From Neovahlkampfia damariscottae (lineage: Eukaryota): a stretch of DNA of 64,000 nt. The stretch is from NCBI GenBank assembly GCA_016618085.1, contig JABLTG010000032.1, positions 62,001 through 126,000 of the forward strand, read 5' to 3'. Position numbers and translations under genes: made by a program. Below the pieces are notes generated by a model. It was not told where the DNA came from, did not search any database, and saw nothing but the letters and a program-made list of their open reading frames with translations. Shown piece by piece: positions 24,124 to 36,800 of this stretch; within the stretch, counting starts at the first letter, position 1, and every line of letters starts with the position of its first letter.

Positions 24124-26558
24124 ATGACAAAACAACCAACGATAGACCATGAAAAAATTCAAGAATATATAAAAGTGGAAAATTTAGACGAAATACCAGA
24201 CCTATATCTGATGGAAATGTATTTTCTTGGCCACAGAGAGACGATTTTAAATATAAAAAAAAAGAAATTAAATTTAGAAGAATATGAAGAATATTACATG
24301 AAAAGATTAATTTATACAGCTTTTAACACAGATAATTTCCAGAATTTCTGGATAAACTCATCAGATCATGTTAAACTTTTTTCTTATTACATTCAAAGTC
24401 ACAACAAAACTGAATATTTACAATTTGTCCAAGAAGAATTAGAAAAAACAGAACATGTTAGAATGGAATCAGTCAGTACATTATGCTTAAAATCAACAAA
24501 TTTTGATGTTAACTGGATGAATTTTTTCAAATTTTTAATACCTTTTTTATTGTCAACTAAATTGATTGAAATTCAGCCTTCTATTGTCTATACATTTTTT
24601 GAAGATTTGTATTCTCATTTGATTGACAGTGAATTAGAAGAACATATAGATGAATTATATGATCTTATTAGACCATCATTTAATCAACAAATTCCTTTAT
24701 CTTTTCACTCCTCAGTGTTTTTCAATCAAACACATTTATTATTGACAAAAGAAGATTTTGAAATATTATTTCAAAAAATAGTTATTGAATTCAACAAAAA
24801 TAATATCAATTCAGGAATGATTCATCTTTTGAATACAATTCACAATGATTTGAATGAACATTCAACACAAGAGTTTCAAAAGTAATCACTAATATATTAT
24901 TAATGTATATTTAGGTTTATTCCTTTTCTTGTTAAAAAATATTTTGATGCTCAAGTTAATGATGAAATAGGAATTCAAAATTTGAATTCAATTGGGTTTG
25001 CTTCACAACAAGAACAAGAATTGTTGATTTCAAAATACGAAAGACTTTTTAATAAGTTATTTGAAGAAGAAAGAGAAATTACACAAGCACTTATGATTCC
25101 AATTGTTTCTGATACATTGATTTCCAATAATCTGACTGCAAGAAAATACGCTATTAAATTGATTGCTGAATATTTTCGAGAAACAAATGATGTTGAATTG
25201 CTTGAAACTCTCTTTCAAATTTTGAAAGAAGAGGTAAACCAATCATTGAAATTCTAACTGATCCTTAATTAGGAAACACTTGATGAAGAATTGATTTTGG
25301 CCTTGAACACTTTTTTCAGTTTAATGGTGAACGAAAATATGAATCAAATTTTACTTTATATTTACAACTTGTTGTTTGAATTACTCAAAGTTGAAAATTC
25401 AGAAACTGTTTATTTTTCATTGGAAATACTGACTAATTTGCTGAACAACTCAAATAACATTGGATATGATTTGAATATTGATCTCATAATGCTTTGTGAA
25501 ACGATCGTAAATAATGTTAAAAAACTTTCAAATTTCAGTGTTGGATATCTACCAATTATATGCGAAATATTTCACACCAATAATGAAATTGATGGAAAAA
25601 ATATACATGCAAGAAATTTATTCGAATTAGTTTTAACAGGCGCTGAGACTGCTTCAATTGAAGCAAAATATGATTTTTTGGATTGTCTTCAATATTTAAT
25701 TGCTTCAATGAAATATGATACACGTGATTGGTTTCCAAAATTGATGAAGTTATCTATTGGAACTTTGAGAAGTCACTTTCAACGACAAACATTTCATCAA
25801 TTTGAACTCACAATTTTATTAGGTTTTATTTTGATCGTTTTTCAACAATACAAAGAAGAAGTAGAATTTTATATCTCTGGAACTAATTTTCTTGAAATGA
25901 TAAGCTCCATTTCAAGTGATATAACATCACATGATGATAGTCGTTGCTTTGCAAATGCAATACTAATGGAATTATGTTTTTATCGATCAAAAACATTAGA
26001 AATTTCATTACCAAAAATGTATGAACTAAATAACTCAAAAATTACAATAAATCAAGACAATATGTAAGATTGATTTTAAACTCATTTTTCAAAAGTGCAT
26101 TACATGGAATGGTATTGTATTATTACAACTACAAACCATTGCAGAAATATACTGAACTATTCATCGAGAAAGTGATTGCTGAATTATTATCAGATAATTT
26201 TCAAAATGATGAATTGCGAGATCCATTTTCATTTCCATTATTGTCAATTGGATTCCTCGCTAAAACCAATTTCAAATTGGTAGATTCAAGATTTTCCGAA
26301 TTTGGAAAAATCTACAAGGATGCCATTATTAAATTTGATGGTTATTCAACGAAGTGTGAGATGAATTTCGTTTATGATTCTTTTTCTGACTTGGTATTGA
26401 ATAATTTAACTTATTCAAGCTCACAAATATTTCCCCAACATGATTTATCAACGATTCATCAAAAATTACAAGTTTATTTATTGATGAATAATAAGTATTT
26501 TAACTTACTTCCTGACCTCTTGGAAAAATGTCATGATCTTAAATTCAAATTTAAATAA
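24124..26558 (+). CDS. HEAT/ARM-repeat protein, weakly importin-beta/transportin-like
   Basis: Four helical ORFs linked by short introns; ISGTNFLEMI...SRCFANAILMELC resembles a transportin C-terminal HEAT repeat. Confidence 0.45.
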
Positions 26559-26579
26559 AATTTTTCAAAAGAAGAAAAT

Positions 26580-29500
26580 TTATTCAAATGTTGATTGAAA
26601 AGCTGTTTTTTCAAAAAATTGAATCCATCTTGATTTTGAATCACGAACTAAGTTGTGTGATTGAATATTGATTAATAATGGTAATATGAATTTTGTTGTT
26701 GTAATATTCATTGAATCATTTGAAAATAGAAATGTGTATAAGTTGCCAAGAAAATCAATTTTTACATTTCTTTCGATTGATTCTTCATTGAGTATATTCA
26801 AAATTCCAAAAATAATTTCATCCAATTCTAATGAATTTGATTTTTGATCTGGAATTGAAAAATTGTTCAAAAGTGAATGGTTTAGATGATTCAAATAAAA
26901 ATTGAGTGTTGATGTTGATAAACAAATCATTCCTACAAAATTCATCATTTTTTTCACATTTTCCATATTTTTATCATTGATGATAGTGTGTGACAATAAA
27001 CCAATTGAATCAACAATAAAACTATCAATGTCAAATGTTGTAGATTCAATTAAAACATGAGAAATTAAATTTGAAATGATTAAAACTTCATGTTGATGTA
27101 AGGAAACTATCCCTTTTTGAACACTATCCAATAACAACTTTGGCTTTAAGTTGGACACATGAAATAACAAAATTTTTAAAATGGATGAAAAAAAGTTATT
27201 TCCTTTCACAACATCAATGATATTTGATGTTTTTGAGAAAATAATCGCAATGCCATTCAACACATTGAAAGTTTTTTTATCCCAAATTTTGAAAGAACCA
27301 ATAATATCATTCATCATTTCAACAATAAAAATTGTCAAATCTTTTGGGGTCTTGTTATTCTTTACAATCGACTCAAAAGCCAAAATCACTTTCAACTGAT
27401 AATTTTCATCAAAAAGAAGTGACGAAATTTCAGATACAACTTTTTGAGATTTTGCAATGGTAAACAAATTTGAAACTTTTGGAAATATTTCAATGAGAAT
27501 TTCCTTGATTTCTAAATCCAAAGATTTGAATTGATCACTTTCATAAAATGCTGAAATAACTTTCAAAGAATTTGATTTCAAAATTGCTGTTTCTGCTTCT
27601 TTTGACAACAAATAAACAATTGATTGCTTGATTTCTTTTTGACTACAATTTTTCATCAACTGATTTAACCTTTGAGCCCATTGAATATTTGGTAAATACT
27701 CAACACTCAAGAAACAATTCAACACAAAAAGTAACATTTCTTTCTTTTCTGACTCAGTTGAATCCGTAATCATTTTTGCAAAATTGAATGAAAAGCCTTC
27801 TTCATTCAAAGTATCCAAAGGAACCCTTGATTTATCACCATTGATGTTTGAATTGATTTGATAACGATCTGACAAGATGCCCAATAAAATTGATGAATAT
27901 CTTTTGACTTTGGAATCCGTTGAAGGATCTTCAAAGATGATTTTGATAATTTGAATAACATCTAATATCATTGGAAGAATTCTTTTATCCGAACCAAAAG
28001 CTTCATATAAATTTTTTACTTCGTCTGGATCTGACAAATCAACAAAAGGTTCGAAAACATTCACACCATTGACTGATAAAATAAACATCAATGCTCCAAT
28101 TCGAATGTTTGATGATGAATTTTGTTGTGCAACTTTCGTGAAATGTGATAAATATTCTGAAATTCTTAATGGAGTCATTGAATATCCAGATTTTAAAATA
28201 GAATAAATTAATGTTCCCAATCCAAGACAAACATTTTTATATAAGTTTGTGAATGAAGAAAGACTTTTGTTTTCACACATCACTATAATATCCCAATAAA
28301 ATTTCAATAGACTTTCCATCTCTTTTTCATCAAATTTATTGACTTTGTACAACCCTATAATGACATTTGGTAATGAAACAAAGCATGATGATTGAAAGGA
28401 ATATGTTTCATATTTAAGATTTTTGGTCAAGTTTTCTTTGAGCTCAACCATTTCTTGATAAATTTTTGAATACATTGTGGTCACTTTTTCAAAATCTAAT
28501 GATCTTATGAGAGCATTGGAAGTCAAAGATAATGCAATAACAGATGAAATACGTTGATTAGAATCTATTTTTTTTGTTTTAAAACTAAAATTCATCAATT
28601 CTTGATATATTTTAAGTAATGACTTTTTTTCAACATCTTCAATATTTGCCAATGTCTGTGATTGACATAATTGAGAACTAATCATACCAACAGAAATTGC
28701 TGTAGAATAAGGATCCATTTTTGTTTCAAGTAGTTGTTTTAATAACTTATCTATGATCAAATCAACTTGAGAATGGTTTCGAAGTTCGAATGACGCACAA
28801 ACCAATGCAAAATTACAAGCAAATAAAATCCATTCCTCATTAGCTTTAACGTAAAAATCATTCAAATATTTGATGATATATTGAACATTTTGATAACTTG
28901 CAGGTGGCAAAACCAAACACAAAGCACCCAATGAAATGATTGCATTCTCAATCATTGATGGAATGGTCAATGTCTTGAGTAATGTCTTTATTTCTGTAAA
29001 AATAATATTGAAAGCAGTATTAAAATGATTAACTGATTTTGTTTTTTCACCTTGTGATTTTTCTTCAACTAAACAATGAAAATAATTTGAAATAAATCGA
29101 ATAAAACCATTGAATACCATTAAATGTGCATAAACATCAGATTCAACTGAAACATCAGATATCATATCTTTAAACATTGATAAATATGATTTTGATGAAT
29201 AGTTTGAATTTGAGTCTCCTTTGTATCCCCATAAAACTGAACTTGAAATAGTTTGTTGAATTGAACTATTTTTATATTCAAAAACAATGAATCTGGGGAG
29301 ATTATGTAATAAATCCAATTCTTTGATGTAACTTTTTTCTTTGGAGACATATGTACCCAAAGGTTTTTGCAATTCAAAATTCATAATTTTGGAGATCAAA
29401 TCTTTTGCAGCTGTTAACACTTTTGGTGATTTTTCTTGAAGAATAGATGGCATTAAAATATCAGTAAATTCCATCACTAACTCTTTATATATTTCCATTT

Positions 29501-31676
29501 GTGTAAATATATCTATTTCTATTTCTTCTTCTTCTGCTTCTTCACCTGTTTCTTGTTGTTCTTCTTCACTAATTGAAAAAATCAATGCGTTCAATGAATA
29601 TTTTGAAAGAGTTTCATAAGCTGAAATTCGAACCAATTCTTCTTTATGATTGATTTGATCTAACAATACAGAAATCAATATTTTCAATTCTTCCATATTT
29701 TCAGATTCATAATCAAAATCTAATTCTGTTGATGAAACGAAATATTCGACTCCGTATTCAAATAACTTGCACATTTCTGAAAGAACCAATGAACTTTTTT
29801 TTGCTTGAACTAAAATATGTTTTGATACTAATCTGAACCATGCCAAATAAAAATCAAGTAAATCAGCTTTGCATAAGAATCCCATTGCTTGCATCCCTAA
29901 TACTAAAATAGTTGGATGTGTTTCAGTTGTTAAAATAGTTGAAAGTGGTGACAATAATTCGAGACCTTTGTTTGGACTTTTTTCACAAACTTTTTTTAAG
30001 ACTTGTGCAAGAGACATTCTCGTTTCCAACTCCATTGAAGAATAACCACCTGATTTTTCAATTAAATTTCCCAAAATAGATTTCAATTTTGAAAAGAATC
30101 TGTCATTCTTGATCCAAAGTTTGGCGAAAAGTTGAATGGTAATCGGTATCAATGATTGATTTTGCATGAAAGAGTTGAGTATTTTATTTGCTGTGGTGAC
30201 ACAAATAAAATTTGAAGTACCAACCAATGGGATGTAATTCATAATTTCCAATTTGATTTTTGAATTATTTTCTCTGGATAATTCATACAATAACAAAGGA
30301 AGAAAAAACATTCCAATTTTTAAAGGAAATTGATTTGACAATTTTTCAATCATTTCTAAACATAATTTTCTTTCTTTTAATTTATTTCTTGTTTCGAAAA
30401 ATACTAAACTGACTAAAATGCAATAATAATTCAAATTTTGAAATTTATGCTCTTTTTGAGTCTTGAGTATTTGCAATGATGAATTTAAATAGACTTCTAA
30501 ATTCTCTGAAAAAAATGAACAAAACTTGTCAAATTTCTCATTTAAGATGATTTCATTTCGAGCAAATATGACGTCTGAAATATTAAATTCATCATTTTCT
30601 TCTGATTCACTTGGATATTTGATGAAATTTCTTTTTAAAATTTTTTCAATTCGATTCAATGAAATAACTGCAAATTTTGAAATATTTTGTGGTCCAGTGG
30701 ATAAAACATGCAATAATGGTAGAATTGTTGAATTAACTTTCATCTTTTCACTTCCTAATTCTTCATTTTCATGAATTATTTCAATAGCTTTGAAAATGAA
30801 TTCATTCAAAATTGACCATTCAAATGAGGTTTCAGCATCCAATAATAAAGAACAAATAAAAGGCAAAAATTCAATTAATAATTCATCCCAGATATTAAAT
30901 ATAATTTTTAACATGTCTAAAATCGGATTGGTTTCTTTTTTCATCATTTTCACTTCTTTATAAAGTGAGAATAAATGTTTCATCATCATCACAACAAACT
31001 TTGGAATTTCTTCTTCTTTGCAATATAAATGAACAATCAAATCTAAAATAGATTGATTTGGCCAAAAGCAGGATGAAAAAATATCATTAGAATCAATTGG
31101 AAAAACTGTTAAAAACTTCATCAAGTATTCCAAAATTTGTTTTGAAAAATTTTGATTTGAGTGATAAATTGCTGAGTTTATAATACCACGTATCATTTGA
31201 AATGTTAACCCAAAATTTTGACCTGCAAAAATTTTTCCAAAGAACGATGACAATAATTGAAAATTTTCTTTTTTTTGTAAAAGTAAATTTGGAGTCAAAT
31301 GAACTAATATTTGATTAATTTCTTTTCTTGAATCTGAAATTGATACTAAAATTGACCCTTTTTGATTATCTATTTGAATTACTTTAATAATTGACTCAAC
31401 AAGATGAGTTAAAGTTGAAAGTGAAATAGTTGTTGCTTTGTTGATAAAAATTTCCAAAGTTTCTTCAGGTTTTATTTTTTTAGCAAGAGTTAAATCTGTT
31501 AAAACATTAATAGCTTCATAACTTTTTGAAGTTGAGTTTTCAGTTAGTAATTCATATAACAATTTTGTTTGTTCAACTGAGAGTGAATTTATGAGTTTGA
31601 ATTTTTGTATAGTTGTTCTATGAATAGAAGATTCGTCAACTTTTAATTTTTCAACAATTGTTTCCAAACTTTCCAT
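26580..31676 (-). CDS. Focadhesin/RST1-like (DUF3730) large ARM-repeat protein
   Basis: LWIKNDRFF, KVCEKSPNKGLELL, LCKADLLDFYLAW motifs; about 1700 aa, intronless. Confidence 0.75.
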   Translation of the reverse strand: MESLETIVEKLKVDESSIHRTTIQKFKLINSLSVEQTKLLYELLTENSTSKSYEAINVLTDLTLAKKIKPEETLEIFINKATTISLSTLTHLVESIIKVIQIDNQKGSILVSISDSRKEINQILVHLTPNLLLQKKENFQLLSSFFGKIFAGQNFGLTFQMIRGIINSAIYHSNQNFSKQILEYLMKFLTVFPIDSNDIFSSCFWPNQSILDLIVHLYCKEEEIPKFVVMMMKHLFSLYKEVKMMKKETNPILDMLKIIFNIWDELLIEFLPFICSLLLDAETSFEWSILNEFIFKAIEIIHENEELGSEKMKVNSTILPLLHVLSTGPQNISKFAVISLNRIEKILKRNFIKYPSESEENDEFNISDVIFARNEIILNEKFDKFCSFFSENLEVYLNSSLQILKTQKEHKFQNLNYYCILVSLVFFETRNKLKERKLCLEMIEKLSNQFPLKIGMFFLPLLLYELSRENNSKIKLEIMNYIPLVGTSNFICVTTANKILNSFMQNQSLIPITIQLFAKLWIKNDRFFSKLKSILGNLIEKSGGYSSMELETRMSLAQVLKKVCEKSPNKGLELLSPLSTILTTETHPTILVLGMQAMGFLCKADLLDFYLAWFRLVSKHILVQAKKSSLVLSEMCKLFEYGVEYFVSSTELDFDYESENMEELKILISVLLDQINHKEELVRISAYETLSKYSLNALIFSISEEEQQETGEEAEEEEIEIDIFTQMEIYKELVMEFTDILMPSILQEKSPKVLTAAKDLISKIMNFELQKPLGTYVSKEKSYIKELDLLHNLPRFIVFEYKNSSIQQTISSSVLWGYKGDSNSNYSSKSYLSMFKDMISDVSVESDVYAHLMVFNGFIRFISNYFHCLVEEKSQGEKTKSVNHFNTAFNIIFTEIKTLLKTLTIPSMIENAIISLGALCLVLPPASYQNVQYIIKYLNDFYVKANEEWILFACNFALVCASFELRNHSQVDLIIDKLLKQLLETKMDPYSTAISVGMISSQLCQSQTLANIEDVEKKSLLKIYQELMNFSFKTKKIDSNQRISSVIALSLTSNALIRSLDFEKVTTMYSKIYQEMVELKENLTKNLKYETYSFQSSCFVSLPNVIIGLYKVNKFDEKEMESLLKFYWDIIVMCENKSLSSFTNLYKNVCLGLGTLIYSILKSGYSMTPLRISEYLSHFTKVAQQNSSSNIRIGALMFILSVNGVNVFEPFVDLSDPDEVKNLYEAFGSDKRILPMILDVIQIIKIIFEDPSTDSKVKRYSSILLGILSDRYQINSNINGDKSRVPLDTLNEEGFSFNFAKMITDSTESEKKEMLLFVLNCFLSVEYLPNIQWAQRLNQLMKNCSQKEIKQSIVYLLSKEAETAILKSNSLKVISAFYESDQFKSLDLEIKEILIEIFPKVSNLFTIAKSQKVVSEISSLLFDENYQLKVILAFESIVKNNKTPKDLTIFIVEMMNDIIGSFKIWDKKTFNVLNGIAIIFSKTSNIIDVVKGNNFFSSILKILLFHVSNLKPKLLLDSVQKGIVSLHQHEVLIISNLISHVLIESTTFDIDSFIVDSIGLLSHTIINDKNMENVKKMMNFVGMICLSTSTLNFYLNHLNHSLLNNFSIPDQKSNSLELDEIIFGILNILNEESIERNVKIDFLGNLYTFLFSNDSMNITTTKFILPLLINIQSHNLVRDSKSRWIQFFEKTAFQSTFE

Positions 31677-31717
31677 CTTCACACCAAGTCAAATGACCAA
31701 TAAAAACAAAGAAAAAT

Positions 31718-33310
31718 TTATTTTGAATAAGTTGGTTCTGTAACAGCACCCACCGAAAATCTGATATAATGACCAGATAAAAAAGGTGTATCAACACCTA
31801 AAATTCCTGTTTTCATGAAAATATCAGATGCTTTGACATTTGGTTTTGTTTTTAACAACACATACAATCCTAATGAATTTTCAATATCATCATTTGTAAT
31901 GTGTTTTTGTTCAGATTCAAATAAATCTTCGAATTGCATCAAATATTTGTAAACACCTTCTCTTTCTTTTCTCCAAAATTCATGGAGTTGAGAAATTGAG
32001 TTATTATCTTCTTCTGACATATTTCCCAATGCCTTGAATTGGAAATTCTTGAAAACTCCAGGTCCAGCTGAAAATGCAATATTAGAGGAATGGTGTTTTC
32101 TAAAAAGAGTTTCGTTTGTTGAAAAATAAATTCCAAGTCTTTCTGAACACAATCCATGTGATTTTGAAAAACTATCAATAAAAATTGTTTGATTTAAAAT
32201 TTCTTCATTATTAACAATTCCTTTAAATAAATCATTTGCATGAGTTTTTGGTAATGTTCTTGCGTACTTTTTGATTTGTCAAAAAAAAAAAATTTCTTAC
32301 AACTGTATCAAGTAAAATAAGAGCCTTTGGATTATATTTCAGAATAGTTTTGCATGTATTGGTCAATTGATCAGGTGTCATTTTTGTTCCACTTGGATTT
32401 CCAACTGGAGTGATGTACCATGATTCAAATGGATGAACTTTATGTTCTTTGTAAAATTCATCAACATTTTCTGGTGTTAAATGTAATTTAGCTTCAGGTA
32501 ATGTTTTTAATGTATGTATTTGTCTTCTATTTGTGTCATTACGTTCTGGTCTTTCAATAATATTGAACCATGTTCCAAATGAATTATCAGGTTGTATGAA
32601 ACGATGAAATGTTTCTTTTTCTCTGGAAATTTCAACACAAGAATCCTGTTTTTTGTATTAGTTTTTGTTTTTTTTTTACTGCTAAATCTTTTAATCCACG
32701 CATACCTCCACTTGTAATTGCAGAATTTGAAGAAACTTGTTTTAATTGTTCTTCTGTGAAACCGTAGTGCTTGTTGAACATTGACAAAACATCAGTTCTT
32801 GAATCAAAATCTCCTTGAGACATTAAATCATATCCTATATCAAATGAAGTTCCTTCATGAGCTTTGAGCGCATAATCAGATGTTTTTGTATAAAAATTCT
32901 GTAAAAATTTATGGTAACCTGTTATGTGTTGAGGAATTGCTGTAGTTCCAACAGCAAATATATTTATATCTTTTGGATTCTAAAATATTAAAAAAAAACA
33001 ACAAAAAATACATTTCCTAAAGATTCCCAGATAGCACGAGAAACTTGACCTCTTAAGGATGTTAATCTGATGACAAGATCTGGACAAACTGCAGTTACCT
33101 TAGGATTACTCCAAACTGCTTTTAAAATTGTTTCCAATTTTGCATCTTTTGGCAGTTCTGTTTTGTTTTTAGTTTTTTTTTGTTGAAATTGTTACCTTCG
33201 ACCATTTCATCAGCAAATAAATTAACTTGAGATTTTTGTAGTTTTTGCATGTTCAGATGAAAATTTTGTGCTTTCAGTAAATTCTTGTTCACCAAAAAAA
33301 TTCGTTTCAT
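31718..33310 (-). CDS. PLP-dependent class I/II aminotransferase-like enzyme, possibly mitochondrial
   Basis: Spliced ITPVGNPSG, LLDTVY, DSFSKSHGLCSERLG (PLP lysine) and IRFSVG; basic N-terminal presequence-like stretch; several introns. Confidence 0.7.
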
Positions 33311-33861
33311 TTTTATAATTTGATTGGACGATTGGGATTGGAAGAATCCAGTATTTGTTCAGTTGAGAAATTGAATGCATTTTATTTTCGTTTTTGGATT
33401 GTTAAAATTGGATACAAAACAACCAATAAGTGAAAACAAATCTGATGAGATTCTTGCCAAAGTGAAGATGAATAGGAATAAGATTTATTTTTATGAAAAC
33501 TCTCAAGAACTTCGTTTTTCTGGAAAAAAATTGAAATCTTCAAAATAAATAGATACTAAACTTTTCAATTTATCATATCTTTCTTCAATGGAACTTCTTC
33601 AAATCCTTAGTTAATATCCTTTTTAAAGTTATTTTAGATTGTTGATTTATTGTTCTGTGAAAAGTTTGATTATGGGTGTCATCCAAACTTTGTTTTTTCA
33701 GAGTTCAAATCCCAGGTATTTTTAACTCAATTTTAAATCGACCAATAATTTTTCTCTAAAAATTACTTTACCATTGTTTGTGTTTTTAAGAATATTTCAA
33801 AAGTAATGGAAATATCAAAAACTTTTTCTTCCAAGATGAAAAAATTAAATTTCATTGGACA

Positions 33862-36800
33862 ATGACTACACCAAACAAGAATAGTGAAACAGCCACTTCC
33901 TCAGAGGATTTACTATTCAACGTTGAAATCATTGACAGCCCTGAACCAGAAGAGATAGAAATGGTTGAGAGTCCTGAACCAGAAGGTGATGGTTCTTCCT
34001 CTCCTTACATCGGAATTCAACAAGTTGAATCACCTGAAAAAGAAAATACAAAAAAATTAGAACCAAAGATTTCATTCAAAATACCACTTCCAAGAGATCC
34101 AAAAATCAGATCCATCAGTTTATCAGAAAGACCTATGGGCTTGATGTCACCAAGACTTGTTTCTTTTCCTATGGAAGGTTTATCAAATATACCAATTCCT
34201 TCAACGAATTTAAAAAAAATTTATAGATCACGACCACAACTTTTACATAAAGAAAAAACTTTTTGGAATGAAATTAAAACTTTACCTTTGCTGGAAAAAA
34301 TAGAATTTTCACAAGTGGATGAAATGTTTCAAGATGTAAAAAATACTCAAGCTTCAAACCAAAAGGTCTTGGAACAATTAAGTACAGCTACACAAACTTC
34401 TGGAATTTTGGATCAAAAACAAATCTCCAACGTTGAATTAATTTTGAAAATTTGTAAATTGACACCAGAACAAGCTTTTGAATCCATAGAAAATTTTTGT
34501 GATATATTGTTCACATCAAGTTTTGACAAGTTCTTTTTTCATCTCCAAGAAGTTTAGTTTTTTTTTTTTTTTTAACATTTTTTCAAAAGATTGCAACTTT
34601 TCAAGATACCAAAAAACTTACCGAACAAATCAAGTTAAATCCACTAACAACAATCGCACCGTCACCAGAAAAATGTTCTCAATTGATTGAAGTTTTATTT
34701 TTTCAACAAAAAATTTTCCACCTTGAAAAAGAAGCAGAACAAAAATTAATCTCAAATTTTGAAAACAATAGAGATCAAACAATTGGAAAAATTGAAGAAT
34801 TATATGGTAAATTATACACAAATCCAACAACTTCCATTTTTATTAAATCAATACAACCAACACTGTTAAAGTTAATTCACATTAAAGAATTTGTCACACG
34901 TACAAGAATACAAGTTTGTGTTGATGCATGTAAGAGATACTTAACAAGCAAGAGTTTACAAAGATACTTCAAAGTGATGAAAGAACTTGTCTATTTTTGT
35001 CATACGGGAGAAGAAATTTCCGAATCTGGAAATATTTCTTGTGAAGACTCAGGAGATGGTTTTACAAGGTTAAATGATATTGTTTCACTTTCATATCCAG
35101 AATTCTCATTATCACTTTTGGATTATTTGCTTTCTCTTTTTGATAAAAATGAAAAACAAACATTAACTATTTTCAAAGATGTAGATCCAAATTTAGCCAA
35201 ATATGATGAAGTTATAAATGAATTAATAGATGAATGGTCTTCTTTTGAACCTCTTGTTGATAAATTGCCAAATGATGAACTTTTACAAAAATTCAAAGAA
35301 TCATTGAGGAAAGATATCCTCTCAACTGATCTTTTGCTTCAAAGTCTTTTGTCAAGATATCAAGAATTACAAAAACATTTAGGATTAACATCAAAAGATT
35401 GTTTTTCATGTTTATATCAAATTATATCCACTGGAAGAGAAAGTTTAATGGATGAAAAACAAGATGTTGTTCATACTATTACTAAATCATTGGAACCTCT
35501 TTTGAAAAAGGATAATAAACCACATATTCATGCTCCAAAACATAGAACTATTCCAAATTGGAAATTTGAAGAAACATCATCTAAAAATGTTTGGAATTTG
35601 AATGAAGATGAAATGGATTTAGATTTAGGATCTGTTTATTACATCTTTATCTTGACAGAAAAAGTTGTTTTCAAGAAACCGGCAACAAAAGAAGAATTAG
35701 AAAAGCTCTCCATTAAAGAATTGACACTCAAATTAAGAGAAAACAATATTGACTATTCAGGTTGTGTTGAAAAATCTCAATTTGTTCAAAAAGTATTATC
35801 AACTCAAGGAGTCTCGTATTTAACAACACCATTACCAAAAGTTGAAAGAAGAAGTTTTACTGATGGAATTGTTAAATTTAACAAAACTAGAGAGTCATTT
35901 AGAACAGGAGATCCATCACAAATAAAACAACATTCATCAGCCAATGATGGAGAATTCAAACCATTAGATTGGGAAATCAAATCAAATTCAAAGAAAAACT
36001 TAAGTGATTCAATCAAAGATATTTCATCTGCTTCTTTTCATGATTTAAAAAACATTGAAAAAAACAAAGAATTAATGGCTTTAACTGATTACTTAGCTAA
36101 TACTGTCATTCCAATTTCTGGTACATTACCAAAAGTTAGAGATAAAAAAGAAATTGAAAAAGAAGACATCAAATATCTTTATGAATTCCAAACAAATGTT
36201 AAATTAAGAAGCAAAATTGAAATTTTAGATCTTTCAAAAGATTTGACAAAAATTATGATTGAATCAGTTGAAATGAAGAGATACCTTGTTGACATTTTAA
36301 CAATGCTAAAAACATCAAAAGCATTTCAAAATCTTCTTCAGTATCATTTCATTTTAATGATGTATTTCACTCCATACAAGAATAGAGGTACTTCATTATG
36401 CAGTTTTCCAATCACTGAAATTTATAAACTTCAAAATCTAAAAAGTGATACTAAATCTGGTTTTAGTTTATTGAGTTATATCACATCACTTTTAAATGAA
36501 ACAGAAAATGATTGTTCTTTTGCAACTGAATTGATTGAATTGAAAAGAATCATGGAATTCATGAAGAATGCTGAAAATAATGAATTGAAAATTGAAAAGA
36601 TTCTTCAAGCTTTGAATGATTATCAATTATTATCATTGGATGCAGAATTTGATGATGAATTACAAATAGATGAAAATTTTGATCAATATGTTTCTCATTT
36701 ATTGGGTAAAGGTCTAGAAATGAATAATTTGATCAAAGAATCAAATGAGAAATGTGAACAACAATTTATTGAATTTCGTGAATATTATGGAATCAAATCA

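Noticed and set aside
33695..33720. B-box-like GAGTTCAAATCCC in a long intergenic region
   Set aside because: No acceptor stem, A box or cloverleaf can be built around it.
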